The position numbers were made by a program, and so were the translations under genes. Positions 1 through 13,059 of a DNA stretch of 64,000 nucleotides are shown here, one piece after another. This DNA comes from Botryllus schlosseri (lineage: Eukaryota): NCBI GenBank assembly GCA_051294905.1, contig CM119381.1, forward strand, positions 16,120,001-16,184,000, given 5' to 3'. Position 1 is the first letter of the stretch, and each line of letters opens with the position of its first letter. The notes below the pieces were generated by a model, which did no database searches, had not been told where the DNA came from, and saw only the letters and a program-made list of their open reading frames with translations.

Positions 1-661
1 CAGACGAATGTAGTTCAGCGGAAAAATATTCTTCTATCAGCAATATATCGTGTTTGCCATTTCCCAGAGGGATATTATCGATAATATTGGAACACTGTTG
101 GAGTTTGGTTGGCTGTAATCTACGTTTGTTCATGAAATCCACAACTCAAATCAAGCGCGGATTGTGCGTAAAATTGTATATAGTATAAGCGGAAGTTGTC
201 CGGTGTAATTGATTGGTTTTACCGGGAACAAAGTCACCGCATGATGCATTATATGTGGTTTGCAGCACACTTCAAGTTATAGATTGCTGTGTAAACTTTC
301 ATCTTGAAATAATCCAAAGGAAATTATATGAACTGAATATATAGTTAGTGTAGTTACCGGAATTATAAAAATATATTAGCAAAGCGATTTTAAATATACG
401 AATATACAATTTGCTATTTTTATTAACAGCTAAGCAATTATGTTATCAACTGTGAGGGGCATGGTGACAGTTACATTGCCACTTGCGCACACTCCTCATT
501 GTCTCATTCTATTTATTAGTTAGTTCCGCGTAACCTCTCAATGCAAATTCTCTTCCGCCTTTTTTTTCATTACATTGAGCACGCTCATGATACAGCATGT
601 ACGTAAAATAGAGGATGTCACTTGTTTACATACTTCCGTTAACGCGTTGCCTGCTTTGTAG

Positions 662-909
662 CTGCGTCGGTGTCCGACGCCGGTAGCAACGGGAGCGTGG
701 AGAAGGCGGAACCTGGCGACGGTGCGGAATCAGAATACGGATCCGAGCCGGATTTGCCGTTGAAGCGAAAGCAGCGACGCAGCCGAACGACATTCAACGC
801 CACGCAGCTAGACGATCTCGAAAGGTGCTTCGAACGAACGCACTATCCCGACATTTACACCCGTGAAGAATTGGCGCAGAGAACGCAATTAACAGAAGCG
901 CGAGTCCAG
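662..909 (+). CDS. Pax3/7: Pax3/7 exon encoding homeodomain residues 1-46
   Basis: Acceptor tttgtAG at 660-661, donor GTgatt at 910; translation matches the ORF at 670-984 up to ARVQ. Confidence 0.95.
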
Positions 910-3900
910 GTGATTGTTCCCTATCCGATACCCGCACCATCCGGAAGATTTTCCGCTAAAGAAAAGGTGTATTTCCCGCAATAACGACCCGTGACGAATT
1001 CGTGTTATTCTAGAGTCCAGGGCGACCCGGTAGCCGCGTTTAAACATGTGTTAAAAGCCTATAATTCAATTAACACCCTCTGATACAGTGCCGCGAGTGG
1101 AAAACACAGACGCTAGTCTTTTTCATGCGTCGAACAAAACACGAGACTCGACAGTATTCAAAATCAAGATAGATATGAATGCTGAGGGAATATCGACACC
1201 GAGACGTTGTTAGTATGACTTCCATAGAATTGAGAATGGGTTTTTGGCATTGGAATCGCCACTTTATCTGCACGAAGTGCGCATAGGCGAAGCGGCCAGT
1301 CTTGAATGATTTATGAAGCGTATATCGTGCAGCGCCTTTAAACTGAGTGATGTCTCCGGATGAAGAAATTGCAATCTTTGACTACATCAAAGTAAGGCCT
1401 GCGCCGTGTCGACCGCCAAGTCGCCAGTTGACAAACGTAAATTTCCTCTGTCTTACTCCTACATCTGACAAGTATCTTACGCTGTGGGGATGACGAGAGT
1501 TGTAACTCTTGCGCGCGTCCGATAAATACGGTTGATTAAGCGGATTTGTAATGTGTCCGCGCTAACCTGTTACAAGTTCGCGTCTACAAATGGCGAATTG
1601 AAAGTCCCCCGCGCTCGGTTTTGATGGTCATTGTTTATTCTCGAGGGGAAAACATCGAGACAGTATTTTCCCAACAAGTTTAATCCGTCTTTGTTTAAAA
1701 AGGAGAAAACCATCCAAAGCGTCGTTTGTCTCGGATCGGTCGCGTGGGATTGAGCGTTGTTCGGAGTTTTCACTTGTGAGCAATGTATTGTCGGAAATGG
1801 CCTTGTTTAGCGTACCGATTTCTGTTACAACTTCAATCGCCGTTCCTCTTTAAAGTACAAATTTATTTACGTTGACAACTCGGCAAAAATAAACTCTGCG
1901 GAGGACCAGTATTGAACCGCCGTATGCATATTATATAGTGAGGGCGGACAATGCCGATGAGTTTTTTTTTTCGGAAGTGATCGCAGATTATAGTTCTGTG
2001 ATTCCCTGTCACCATGCTGTTGCGTCACGAAAATTGTCGATATTGTTTTACCTCTGCTGGCCGATACCGATATTTCGTTCGTGGTGTGATATCGACTCGG
2101 TGTTATCGCTGAGCCAATAATTATAATAATCGGTCGGAATCTAATCATAACTGTGAATTTTAGTTGACGTCAACGTTAGACCGATAATAGCGCGAAATGT
2201 CAACGATTTATCTTTTTGTGCTGATTTATACGCCAGAATAATGCAAATGGTAGGAGCCGACACCTAGCCATCACCGATACAACAAACATGAATATGGACG
2301 ATGCTAAAAGGTATAAGAGGATATGCATGCACATATATAGGCCATCTGTGTGTAATGGATCGGCATATTTTATAATAAAATTCTTTTCCAATTAAACTTC
2401 GAGTCAACACAATGGCTAGCAGTATATTGTCAAAATGAACTAAAAGATGCTTGTAAATATTTTGACATATTAGCTGACACCTAGTGTTGGATCAGATAAC
2501 GTTTACATATAGCAACATCACTGTTCAGCTCAGCTTATTACAAACTTCATCATTCATCTCTTCATTTCCCACGCAATGCACAGTCTGAGTGAGTCGTATC
2601 AGTTTATTGTAGGCCGATAGGTAATAACCCCAATCCCATTAATGCCTTAATACCATCAAATAGCGTGCTCCAATGTGTGAATATGGGGTCAAATTTTAAG
2701 AACCCAATATGCATCATACTCGGAGCGGGAAATAGCGGACAGAAAACAGTAGTGATTTACTGCCGATCCAATCAAACGTATCGTAGCCCTATCTTTGTAA
2801 AGGTGAAGAGAATTCAGGGTGATGGATTTTATCTGAAGTCACGGGGAATTATAAAGGCGTGACGAAATTATTAACTCAAATCCGATAACATTATATAAAT
2901 TTCAACTTGGGAGGTGTATAGATGTATGGAAACTTATTATTTATTATATATCCAAAACTATTGTTGAGCTGATCATTTTATTCTTCTCACAATCTAACAG
3001 GTAATTAATCACTGTCACCGACGTAGCCTCTGCTTGTGGGGTGTGTGGTAGCGTATTACGTGTCGCATCGGCGCTTTGGTTCTTACATATATTGATTTAC
3101 TAAAAATTTCACGCCGCCGGATTACGACAAACTGTAAACAGTCGTCAAATCGATATCATGGCGATATTCATACATCGTTGAATTACAGCCAGGCCGCGGC
3201 CTAACACCTTTGACTGAGGCATGTGTCGTAATTCGGAAATGGCGATTGCTCTAACGCAGTCGTCGTATTGCGTAAACAGATCTCGGAGATATGACAGGTC
3301 GTGTTGTAGGCCAATAAATGGCAACTCTTTTTTCTACTATCCCCGGAGGTCGCTGTATCGGGTTTTGCTGTAAGGGTAGACAGACATACACAATGTCTCA
3401 AATACAAAGTGCCACCATAGACGTTCCAATAATATCATCGATCGCATCGTAGCAATGAAAAGAATGCAATGGCTATGGCTTCAGGCTGCAGTAAATAATC
3501 TAGATAATAGGGATGCTGCGAACCCCTGAAAAGTGTTATTATTATTAAAGGTTATTATCAAATGTTTTATGTGAACAAGATCTTATGACGTCACCTTACG
3601 TCATAAGGCTAATTTCAAGCAAATATGGCATTTACCTCTCAACAGAGATAGAAAACCCTGCCACTGCACGGGAATTAAAAGGCTTAGACCAAGCACGTAG
3701 CAGTAACGTAAGTTATTTTACTATTATCAATTAAGATATAGCGTGATGTGTCAAGTGACATTCCAAAGAATCAATGCAATTTATGGCATCGCGTGTTCCT
3801 CTTTGTTGTGTGTTAAATATCTTCCGCTTTTATTGTGGTACGTTTGAAATCCAGGAAATTGTGGTATTGCTGGGATTACTGAAAATACTAGTATTTAATA

Positions 3901-6900
3901 TAACAAAGACAAAGAGTAGAACCTGCCAACCTTTGAAGCATCGGGGTTCGCACATATAACACGAACGCGAACGCGTACCGAACGCTCGCGTCATCCATAA
4001 TAGGTATGCAAAATGCAAATGCATTAATGCCGATCCAGCGATTCACCATCCTAGATGATACAACACATGCAGTAAATTCATCGATTCTAGATACGAGTTT
4101 GAATCATCGGAGGCTGTATGTTCAGTTGTTCTTTTTGTGTGACATTTGGATCTGCTGGATGCGATGTCTTTCCCACCAAATTTTTAAACCCTGCTCGTGA
4201 GCTGTATGGTTGTTCAGAATAAACCGATTTTTAAAATATTCGGGGTTTCCAGTCAAGTTACGATGCCTTGTTCCTTGAATCGCGACATGTTTATATCGCT
4301 AATCCATGCATCAATCTGCATTTTGATATTTTCTTTTAGAATCAGGTAGCTTTATTCCCTTATAATGGATACAGAGTTCCTAACACGTGAATATAAGCCG
4401 ACGTTGCATTTTATCGAAACAGGTTTGGTTCAGCAACCGCCGAGCAAGGTGGAGAAAGCAAATGGCGGCGCAACAACTCCCCCCATTACACGCGCATCAC
4501 GCACACCCGCATATTTCGCATCACTTCGGTCCGTACCATCCTTCCATAGCCGCCGCCGGCATGTCCGCCCACAACTACATGCTGCAAGCCGCAGCAGCGG
4601 CACAACAGCATCAACATTCCCCGACATCGTCGCATCATCTCCCCCACCACGCTCATTCAGTACATTATCCCCCGTCATCGGGGCACGCGCACATGGGTCC
4701 CGCAACTGGAGCCGTGACTGGGTCATCGTTCGAATCTACGTTTCCGTCTCCGAGTTCTCACGGTGGGTTGACCGACATTTGAGCATGCGACACAATGAAA
4801 AGCGATAGTTGAACAATGAACATTCGACACTTTTGCATGTGTCTTTAAAATCACAAAACTAACCCTAATTCCAATCAAACTTAGCCTTTACCCTAACCCT
4901 ACTTTTCCACAAACTTCTAATCGTATAACTTAGCTTATAGCTTCTACAGGTTGGAATTAGGCCAGATTTGTTACGCATCCTTTTTTTATACACTGTAACA
5001 ATTTTATGGGATAGCCAGTATTATTTGAATTAATTTTTTTAATAATTCCAAAATTGTTTACTTTAATAGCTACACTTCTACAGTTAAATAGCTAGTTCGT
5101 GGTACAGAACTTGAATATAGCTCTCAATACAACATCCATTGTAACGTAATATTTATTAAACTCGAAGACTTTTCGGGTACCTCTTTTCAAGAGTTAACGG
5201 CACACTAAAGGGATTTAAACAGATTTAAAAGCAAAAACCAAAAAGGCCAAGTATGACGCAACAGTCAAAATCACAGACCATGAAATTCGCATTGTACCAA
5301 TGTTACAATGGACGTTGTATTGAAAGCTATATTCAACTTCTACAGTTGGAAGGGAGTCAAATTAGATGTGTAGCGTTTTTAGGCAACACAACAATTTTTA
5401 CAACTATAGACAGAAAACTTGAATAAAAAAAAATTATTTTTGAGCAACCTAATGCTCACGTCGTGTGTTTTGAGAAATTTGTAACAATATAACCGGAAAG
5501 TCTTATGCTGTGATTCTTTGTATAGATTTGAGCACGGTTCACAGGCACGCGCTTTCATCTCCGCTGCATCACGCACATCCGTACGCACAGAGTGCGATGC
5601 GATACGACGGCGCGCACGACGCAACGTTCAACGCGGCGGCAGTGGGATACAGCCTCGTGGGGGCGTCAGCGGCCGCGGCTGCGGCGGCCCGTTACCAATT
5701 CTCTTCATCTGCGTTCACCAGCGAAAACTATTCCCCGCAAATGCCCGGCGGACACGAGCAGTCTGTAAGTTTGTAGAAAAAAGAGGTGGTAATGTAACGG
5801 ATTGCTTCTACTCTGTCGGAGTATATACTTAAGAACGTTTTCACCACTTGTGTAACTTGGGAGTGCGAGTGGCGCGGTTGGTTGAACACTGCATTTTTGG
5901 GCCGATAATAAAACCGATATCTAACACCTTCACCGTTAGCATCGAAAGGCGCCTTTTCAAAACTCACAGAGCATTTATTTCAACAGCTTTACAGCCATTG
6001 TCATACTTTAACATTAAATAAACTTGAAAGGATGCAAGCTGGACAGTGGACACCTTGAAAGTGCAAGCCATATTATTATTATTATTATTATTATTATCAC
6101 AAACATGAGTGGTGCTTTTCGCCATTTATGGCCTTGTGCGCCACGGTCGTCAGGAAATTCAAATCAAGCAGTAACTAAATGAACTTATTACAACTTATTA
6201 CGAACTCGACGACGACGGTGGACAATTGCGATGACGAGAATAGGTTGCGTATGGTGAACGGTACATGTAACTGATTGCAATAGGTTCTTAAAAAATGTGC
6301 AAGCCATATGAAATATAGCAATATTGACAATCTAGCGGTCATGGATAATAGTTTTATGACTTTCTATCATCATGTTGTGACGTCACGAACATTGCCGATA
6401 TTTCTTCACCTCCAATGGCCGATGCTGTTCTTTTTTCAAAGTGTAATATCGACTCGATATTATCGGAGAACCGATAATAGGTCGGCTGTAATCTTGATAA
6501 TTTGAAAGTCTCCGATTAACAGCTAAGTTAAGAGTATGCGACCACTCTGCCAATTATACTTTGTGAAATTTCTTACTGGAGCACGTCTGGCACTTTTCAT
6601 TTTTTACTCCAACTTGTAATTGAATGGAAATTTACGGCATTACTTATATATATACTTGAGTAGCTACTCTTACCATTTTGACCGCCTCTGATATCAAACG
6701 AAATCAATCTCCGTTATCTGCAGGCTTTCAATTCCGCGAGTCAACCCGACAGTCAGTTGCCGTCTTCGGAAATGGCGAGCACAGAATACGGCAGGCATTC
6801 GTCGGACTCGCTGTCCGGCCAGCGGGGACTGAACTTAACTTCGGCCAGAAACGACGACCGTTCCCCCGCTGCATCTTCTCCCAACTGTCATCAGCGGATG

Positions 6901-9900
6901 AATCCGGGAAATATCGCTCACAGAGACTCGAGGAGCGCTTCGTCTGTGGGCGCTAGCGAGAAAATATCGAGGACTGTGAAGAATCCGGCTGGTTCGCCGT
7001 CGTCTAGCAACGACGCTCGCTCCGCAGGTATGATTGCAAGCCACATTCGGATAGTGTCTGGTATAAGGTTACCGTGCATCCTCCTTCTTGAAGAAATGTC
7101 CCCCCTTCGCTCAAATGTCCTCCTTTTGACTAATTGTCCTCCTTTTTAGCCTAAAATGATCATAAAGACCACGGAAGACGTTTAAATTTTAGACTAAAAG
7201 TTAGACGACGGGTCCCGCGGTAGTCAAATCTGAGAAATGACCTTTTTTTGTAGTCGTCTCCAGAGAAGTATCGTTAAAAAGTAGATAATTCGGGAGTCGA
7301 GTCAAAGTGATGACCTTTTTTAGTCAACACAACAAGATTTCCAGTAAATATTACAAAATCAGCTGTTTTCGATTTCGGTAAACCATAACCTTTATGATTT
7401 GAAAACAGTGTCATTCTTTCCCGATTCCAAGATACGGTAACCCCATAGTCTTGTATAAGTTTGAAATAGAATTCCGGTAACTTATAGTAAGCAGAGATGT
7501 AGTCGACTCAAGTATCCGTACAAGGACCGGTCTACACAACGTATGTAGATCTAGAGATGTAAATGTAGATGAACACGAACACTTGTCACAAGTGGCTATT
7601 TTGGGAAGTCCCTTCAGTTACTGTGATGCGGGGGGGGGGGGGGGGGGGTATTATGCCCGGTTTCTGTGACAATGGCACGTTATAAAACTACTATATACTC
7701 TACAAAATTCGAAGTCTAAAAGTAAGTGGTTCTACTGGCCTAAATAACAATAGAGTGGATTAGACTTAAACCGCAAGCGGTTGAATAAGTCGTAATAGTA
7801 ATCATAATGTACTTGAGCGTAAATTTGGCATATAAATCAACATATTTCTGTTATAAAACGTCATGACAAATCTATTTAATTGAGAACAATAGATTCTAAT
7901 TAGGGAGAATTTGGAAAGAAAATTTTTGCACCCGCCAGTTTCATATCCCTCCTACACCTAATAGTCATGCTGTGTTTTCTTTATCATCGTTGCAATACAT
8001 GACCTCTTTCTGATACTATTACATTAGCATTTGATTGCGCGATAGCATTATGTTGTCATGCACTTGAATTACAGGTATGTAATTGCCTATTCATCAACCG
8101 TGTCAAGCGCACAGTCATATAGAAACAGATCGCTCTTAGCAACCGTAACCGCGACTTGCTCATTATGGCTTGGACATTCACAAATCCGCTTTCGGAGTAG
8201 ATTTTAGAGACTGATTGAATGTTGCGGTGTGTGAATTGTCAAATTACAAAACTCTTCAAGATTTCAATTGCTGTTTATCAGCATATAGTGCGAAATCTAT
8301 TGATGGCCATTTCACGACATCTTTGTGAGCTAAAATTTCAATGTGGGCTCATATTGATGCTGAGTAGATACATGCCTGGTTTATATACAGAGAGCTTTGA
8401 AGTACTGCGTCATATCTCAATCTCGGTGGCTTTAATCTCACGGCATCCATAAAGTCATATTCAAACTGAGGTGGTTAGTAACGAAATACTTCTACTTTGG
8501 GGGTATGTTTGCATCATTATTTTTCCGTAAAATTGTTCCGAAAACTTGGAAAAATAGCCCCTGTACCGCCATAACTCAATTTAGTTTGAAAAATAGCGCC
8601 AACTTTAAGTGTAACGGATAATTTTGCGTTAGTCGCGAAGATGCACCCGGTAATTTCAGAAGTAGCCAACTTCGATCAACAGCAAAAATTATGCGACCCA
8701 TCGACACTGACTTTCATACCTTCATTTTGTACATCCACTTGAAGTAGTATTGACATGTCTTGGAAATAGTTATTTTTATTTGTACTTGAGTGAAAACTTA
8801 GGACGCTACTTCTACCTGAGTATCAACGTTGAATTCTTTGTGTACAAATGAATCGATTTAACACGTATAGAAATTCTGTTGCGGTGCTCGTTTCCTATAC
8901 ACACCCGCATACGTTTCAGGCATCAACGATCCGTCCTACAATCAAACCACTTCCGGTCAGATACCGCACCATCAACAAACCACGAACCTCATCAGCCACA
9001 GAAGCGAACACGTGAGCGGCAACGCAAATCAGCCTGCGGTACAAGGCAGTGATGCGCAGATGGCGGTCGGCTACCGCGCGAGAGTCGGTTCCGATCAAAC
9101 CTACGCCGCGTCGGCCGCTCTCGGCCACGGCTTTCCTGTCGGTCACGACCCGAGCGTCGCTGCAGCGGCTCATCAATATGCATCGCACAATCCATTTGCG
9201 TCCTGCCAATATTCGGGATACGGACAAGGTTGGTAGAAATGCGATGACTTATTCTGAGTTATTCTATGTTACGCGTTAGACAAATCCTCACTGAATAGGA
9301 ACGTTCGCACACCCGTAAATTACGCTTTCTACCTATGGACTGTTCCGCGACCTTTTGCACTTTTCGAATAGGGTAGCCTGTCGCTGTAGCGAGTAATCAT
9401 CATCAAGTCATTGCTTTTGTAGATCAAAACAAACAGCTTTGAGAATCCTTGCCGCAGTGGGACATCGCTATTCTGCTGTGCAACACGTATTAAAATATTG
9501 ATCCGCTGAGATTCCATTTTGATCCGCATTTTGACACAAGTCATGAGGTCCTGCTGCGATTTCATATTGAAAATGTCATTTTGAGTTATCAAACAGGTTT
9601 CGGAAAGCCTGCCCATAATTGTAAAGTTATAGATAAAAAATCAACTGCCGAACATCGTTACGATATTTATGGAATGCAGCGGTACTTCTGAGCATAGTAT
9701 CCTATATTCCTAGTATTATTACTCAGAGTCGCTGCCAGGATGAAAATCTAAGAGGGGTATTTGAAAATTTGGTTAATGTGGACTTTTTAACAATAACCTG
9801 ACGTCCTGTGGGGAGGAGTTGCCGTCACTATAGGCACCACCGGGAGAAAAATTTCGCTGGTGTGACGTCAAGAATTCATTGTGACGTGGTGAACACAGAA

Positions 9901-10549
9901 GGCCTACTTGAGTATTTTGAAAAAGTAGAAGAGCTTCGTTACCTACAGCCTCTGAGGGCGGGGGTAGTGGAGGGGACCTGGGTAGGGATATACCGTTGGT
10001 CACTGTAGGTAGGGCTCATATTTTTAAGCTAAAGTTCTTAGAGGAAAATGACGCTACTAATAGCCAGCTTCCATCCTTAAAGTAGGCATAGCTTGGCTAC
10101 ATCCAACACGCCAACGTATTACAGATCATAATCCGTTCTCTACTCAACTAATTATGTTGAAGTATGCTGCTAACTAACATAAATTACCGAAGGAAATCAT
10201 GTGTTGCGTAAGGAAAGTAAAAAGGTCGAGCAATAATTCGTAAATAATAGAATCGGGTGTTGGAGTGCCGCTCTTGTTCGATCGCCTTATGCTACAATTT
10301 ATGTATAAAGTCTCCACATTATTGATGCTTAGCGGACATAACCGCATCGTGCTTAGTTCATTATACTTACATTAGTCGCTAGGTCATTATGCCTCTTCCA
10401 ATACGATTCCCATGAACCTATAATCAGGATCATTGGAGTGCGAAAACACTGGCATCACTGCTCTTAGGATGAAATCTCGTGAACACAGCGCCGCTCTCGG
10501 CTTGATTTCAGTCGGAGGGGGAACTACCGGAATGCAACCAGCGTACTGA
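662..10549 (+). CDS. Pax3/7: Paired-box homeodomain transcription factor Pax3/7, 3' part (paired-box exons lie upstream of the window). Exons: 662-909, 4423-4762, 5526-5764, 6724-7027, 8920-9228, 10428-10549
   Basis: Homeodomain [50 protein letters not shown]|[13 protein letters not shown] has Ser50 (Pax class) and the typical PRD-class intron between Q46 and V47. All junctions are GT-AG and phases chain (1,0,1,0,1,1) into a C-terminus [32 protein letters not shown] resembling the Pax7 tail RRMKLGEHSAVLGLL...QAY (recalled, not searched). Confidence 0.95.
2000..2147. repeat. Dispersed repeat, second copy at about 6360-6492, both in Pax3/7 introns
   Basis: Shared colinear blocks catgctgttgcgtcacgaa / catgttgtgacgtcacgaa, ggccgat, atatcgactcg, ataatcggtcgg / ataataggtcgg. 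Confidence 0.6.
4423..4762 (+). CDS. Pax3/7: Pax3/7 exon: homeodomain helix 3 ([13 protein letters not shown]) plus His/Ala/Ser-rich transactivation region
   Basis: Acceptor aacAG at 4421-4422; donor cacg|GTgggt at 4763 (phase 1) joins GAT at 5526. Confidence 0.9.
6070..6097. repeat. (ATT)n microsatellite
   Basis: About 9 contiguous ATT units. Confidence 0.9.
7064..7447. mobile_element. Degenerate hAT-type MITE in a Pax3/7 intron
   Basis: Ends taaggttaccgt / acggtaacccca(ta); flanks gtctggta / gtcttgta (7/8); internal tgtcctcc and tgacctttttt motifs shared with 33666-34112. Confidence 0.55.
10428..10549 (+). CDS. Pax3/7: Pax3/7 terminal exon with OAR/paired-tail motif
   Basis: taatcAG|ga acceptor at 10426-10427 is phase-compatible with caag|GTtggt at 9229; reads [43 protein letters not shown](10547-10549). 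Confidence 0.88.
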
Positions 10550-10804
10550 AGGTCGGTAGTGTATAATCGCGTCGCGGGGATACGAGATCACTGCGAACAG
10601 GAGACATAAAGCCAAGCAGCTACGTAAGCCACCGGAGTCCACACCACGTCAAAGTCTTCGAAAAAGACTCGCGTCTGCATATCAAACATATGACATCGAG
10701 TGTTCCTCTGTGTGTTCAAGATCACTTTTTACGCAATACTACATCATTTATTTTTATTGATCGAGCACGTCATCATACGGCCAAGGCTGCTGGGGTCGTC
10801 AGAT

Positions 10805-10944
10805 ACTGAAATGCGAATCATCGGTACTACGCTTATGATGCTGCCAAGCTGCCAAACACTGAAACGCGAATCATCGGTACTACGCTATCCTACTGCCGAG
10901 GCTGCTTATGCCGTCAGATACTGAAATGTGAATCATCGGTACTA
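10805..10944 (+). repeat. Three-copy degenerate tandem repeat in the Pax3/7 3' UTR
   Basis: actgaaa(t/c)g(c/t)gaatcatcggtacta at 10805, 10858 and 10920 (periods 53 and 62 nt). Confidence 0.85.
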
Positions 10945-11124
10945 TGTTTATTTAATTCCTTACTCAATAATAGATTGACAGCTTCCATTGCAATTTCCGA
11001 CCGCTGTTTGTCGGACTGTCGTCCGCCGCAGCAAATTATTGTGCCAATGCGTACTGTTTTCGTTCATATTAGCAAAGTAGCAAGTATTTTTTGTCTAGGC
11101 TACGTTTTTATTACGTTATTTTTC

Positions 11125-11130
11125 AATAAA
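11125..11130 (+). other. Candidate polyadenylation signal of Pax3/7
   Basis: AATAAA about 575 nt downstream of the Pax3/7 stop, in a T-rich context. Confidence 0.45.
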
Positions 11131-11205
11131 TTGATACCCGTGTTCGTTTATGACAGGGGAGAGGAAAGTAGTTGGGGTGGCGACGTTGAATGGGCTGATT
11201 GATAC

Positions 11206-12324
11206 CAGAGTTGGATAAATTTCATTAATTCAGTTGAATTACAATTACAATTGCTCCCTTGCATGTTTCAATTACATTACAATTACACTCCATGCTAAAA
11301 ATATCAAATTACAATTGCTGTTAAACATGTAGCCTAATTGATAACAATTAGCCTACTATTAAACATGTAATTGATTCGGTAGAGAGGTGCTCTTTGACGA
11401 CCGTAGCGACGTAGTTAGCAACAATCATAAGCTATTCATGTTTCAATTTTGATGCATAGAATACCCTTTAATTAAAAAAACTTGTTTTCGAACTATTCTT
11501 AATCATGAGTAGCCTACTGAAAAATACAAACACAGAAATGTTAAGCGACTGGCAACGACTAACAACGAATAGGCTACAAGACAGGCAATGAAACGTAATC
11601 AAACGAATACACAGAGCTGAGTAAGGTAAATGAAATGTAATTGGTAAGGCGTCACACCGATAAGGTGTGTCAAACTAAAACAAGTGCGAAAGTAAAGAAG
11701 CTCCCGATAACTACAAATTACAAAATTTTGGTTCGCATTTACATTTTCACTTGCTCAAAAACTGTTGGATTGCATTTAATGAACATTACGGTGCGAGAAG
11801 TTCCTGGTCCCGGTAAATTCGGCCAAGATTGGGGGTAACATTGGGAGAACATCTCTTCAAATGCGTGACCAAGTTTCATTAAGCCTTGGTTGCAAACTTG
11901 AATTTCTTTTCGCAATCGTGGCAGCAAGTCTCAGTACTGGTCACGCATTTGAAAACAACTCTGACCGTGGTGTAGGAAATGGTTCAGCACAGGTTTCGGA
12001 AGAATTATTTGCTGTTTATCCATTTTTGAAATATTAGGATTTATATTATGCAATTTAGGCTACTAAGTTTTCTGTTGGGACTGAAGTATGGGAAACAGTC
12101 TAGCATGGCTGAATTATCTAGTTAACGAGGCACGTATGGCACACCTATGTAAATAGGCCTAATTATTTTATGTTGTGCATGTTAGGTTTCAATAACAATG
12201 TACTGTAATTGAAATTGTAATTAGGATTTTTTTTTATCAAATTGCAATATTAATTACAATTACACAAAATAGAATGCTTTAATTACATTCAACTCAAGTG
12301 CAAATTACAATTGATCCAACTGTG
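11206..12324. mobile_element. Non-autonomous hAT element, 1119 bp
   Basis: TIRs CAGAGTTGGATAAAT / ATTGATCCAACTGTG; perfect 8-bp TSD attgatac; subterminal caattac repeats at both ends. Confidence 0.85.
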
Positions 12325-12600
12325 ATTGATACCAGTGCTGATGGGGAATATTATCCTCAGTCGGATGATAGATTAATAACCTAGGATAGCCTACATATAT
12401 CATTGGCAGATGTGGTCAAGCAGTCTGCGTTGCTACTCCAGTATAAAAGTCTAAAATGGAAGGACTGAAGACTACCCAAGTATGAATCCTTCAAGTCGAG
12501 GGCTCGCACACTTTTTGCAGTTTGTTTGTGTTATTCGTGGTGTTTGTCGACTACAATAGTCATTTAGACCAGCCCGATTGTCTTTATTTGGATTCCGTAT

Positions 12601-12795
12601 AGCTGCCAACTTGTAGCACAGCCCACTTCAAGGCTTTTTAATGACACTGCTTACACGGATGATATGGCGAGGAGGAGCCTAGCTAAACCTCCAACACTTA
12701 GGTAGGAATTCTGGAGTCGGACTCGAACCCGCAGCCCATATTGGTGTTGCAGCTGCAGTTAATCAGAGGTGAAACGCATTTCTCCACTGTTGCGC
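12601..12795 (-). mobile_element. tRNA-derived SINE, family A
   Basis: B box GGGTTCGAGTCC on the minus strand (12719-12730); homologous copy at 21160-21335 (agctgccaact...gactcgaac...attggtgttgcagc...gtgaaacg). Confidence 0.65.
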
Positions 12796-13059
12796 GTTCT
12801 TGATGCGATTAGACAGTCACCCAGAAAACGAATTTCAGATAGTTGCCAGCCGTTTTTAGGACGGAATTGTAGATAATGGTTAGCCGAAAAATTATCCAGA
12901 CATTTCGCAAAGGAGTAAGGAGTGATGACTCGTGACCTCAATGCTGCATATAGTTATGATGTGCAGTAGGAAAATCTTTTAGACATTGGCAAAAATTATT
13001 TCACACTTTCATCTTTAATTTGATACCACATCATATTTTGAGCGCAATCCCTTTTAATT

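Noticed and set aside
4365-4808. 147-aa plus-strand and 98-aa minus-strand ORFs overlapping the Pax3/7 exon
   Set aside because: Shadow frames of a GC-rich real exon. The same applies to the overlapping ORFs at 5379-5832, 8916-9279, 20080-20350, 23256-23699 and 51768-52309.
4855-4900. Telomere-like taaccctaa / ccctaaccct motifs
   Set aside because: Only two or three degenerate units; more likely part of a dispersed repeat than interstitial telomere.
7630-7648. 19-nt poly-G run (G-quadruplex potential)
   Set aside because: A simple homopolymer whose length may be unreliable; no evidence of function.
10125-10177. Alternative phase-compatible Pax3/7 last exon ([17 protein letters not shown])
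   Set aside because: No convincing homology, whereas 10428-10549 carries the OAR/paired-tail motif; it cannot be excluded as a minor isoform.
10805-10944. Three ~27-nt repeats separated by ~25-35 nt linkers, superficially CRISPR-like
   Set aside because: The linkers are related to each other (gctgc...gtcagat), so it is a decayed tandem duplication in a eukaryotic 3' UTR.
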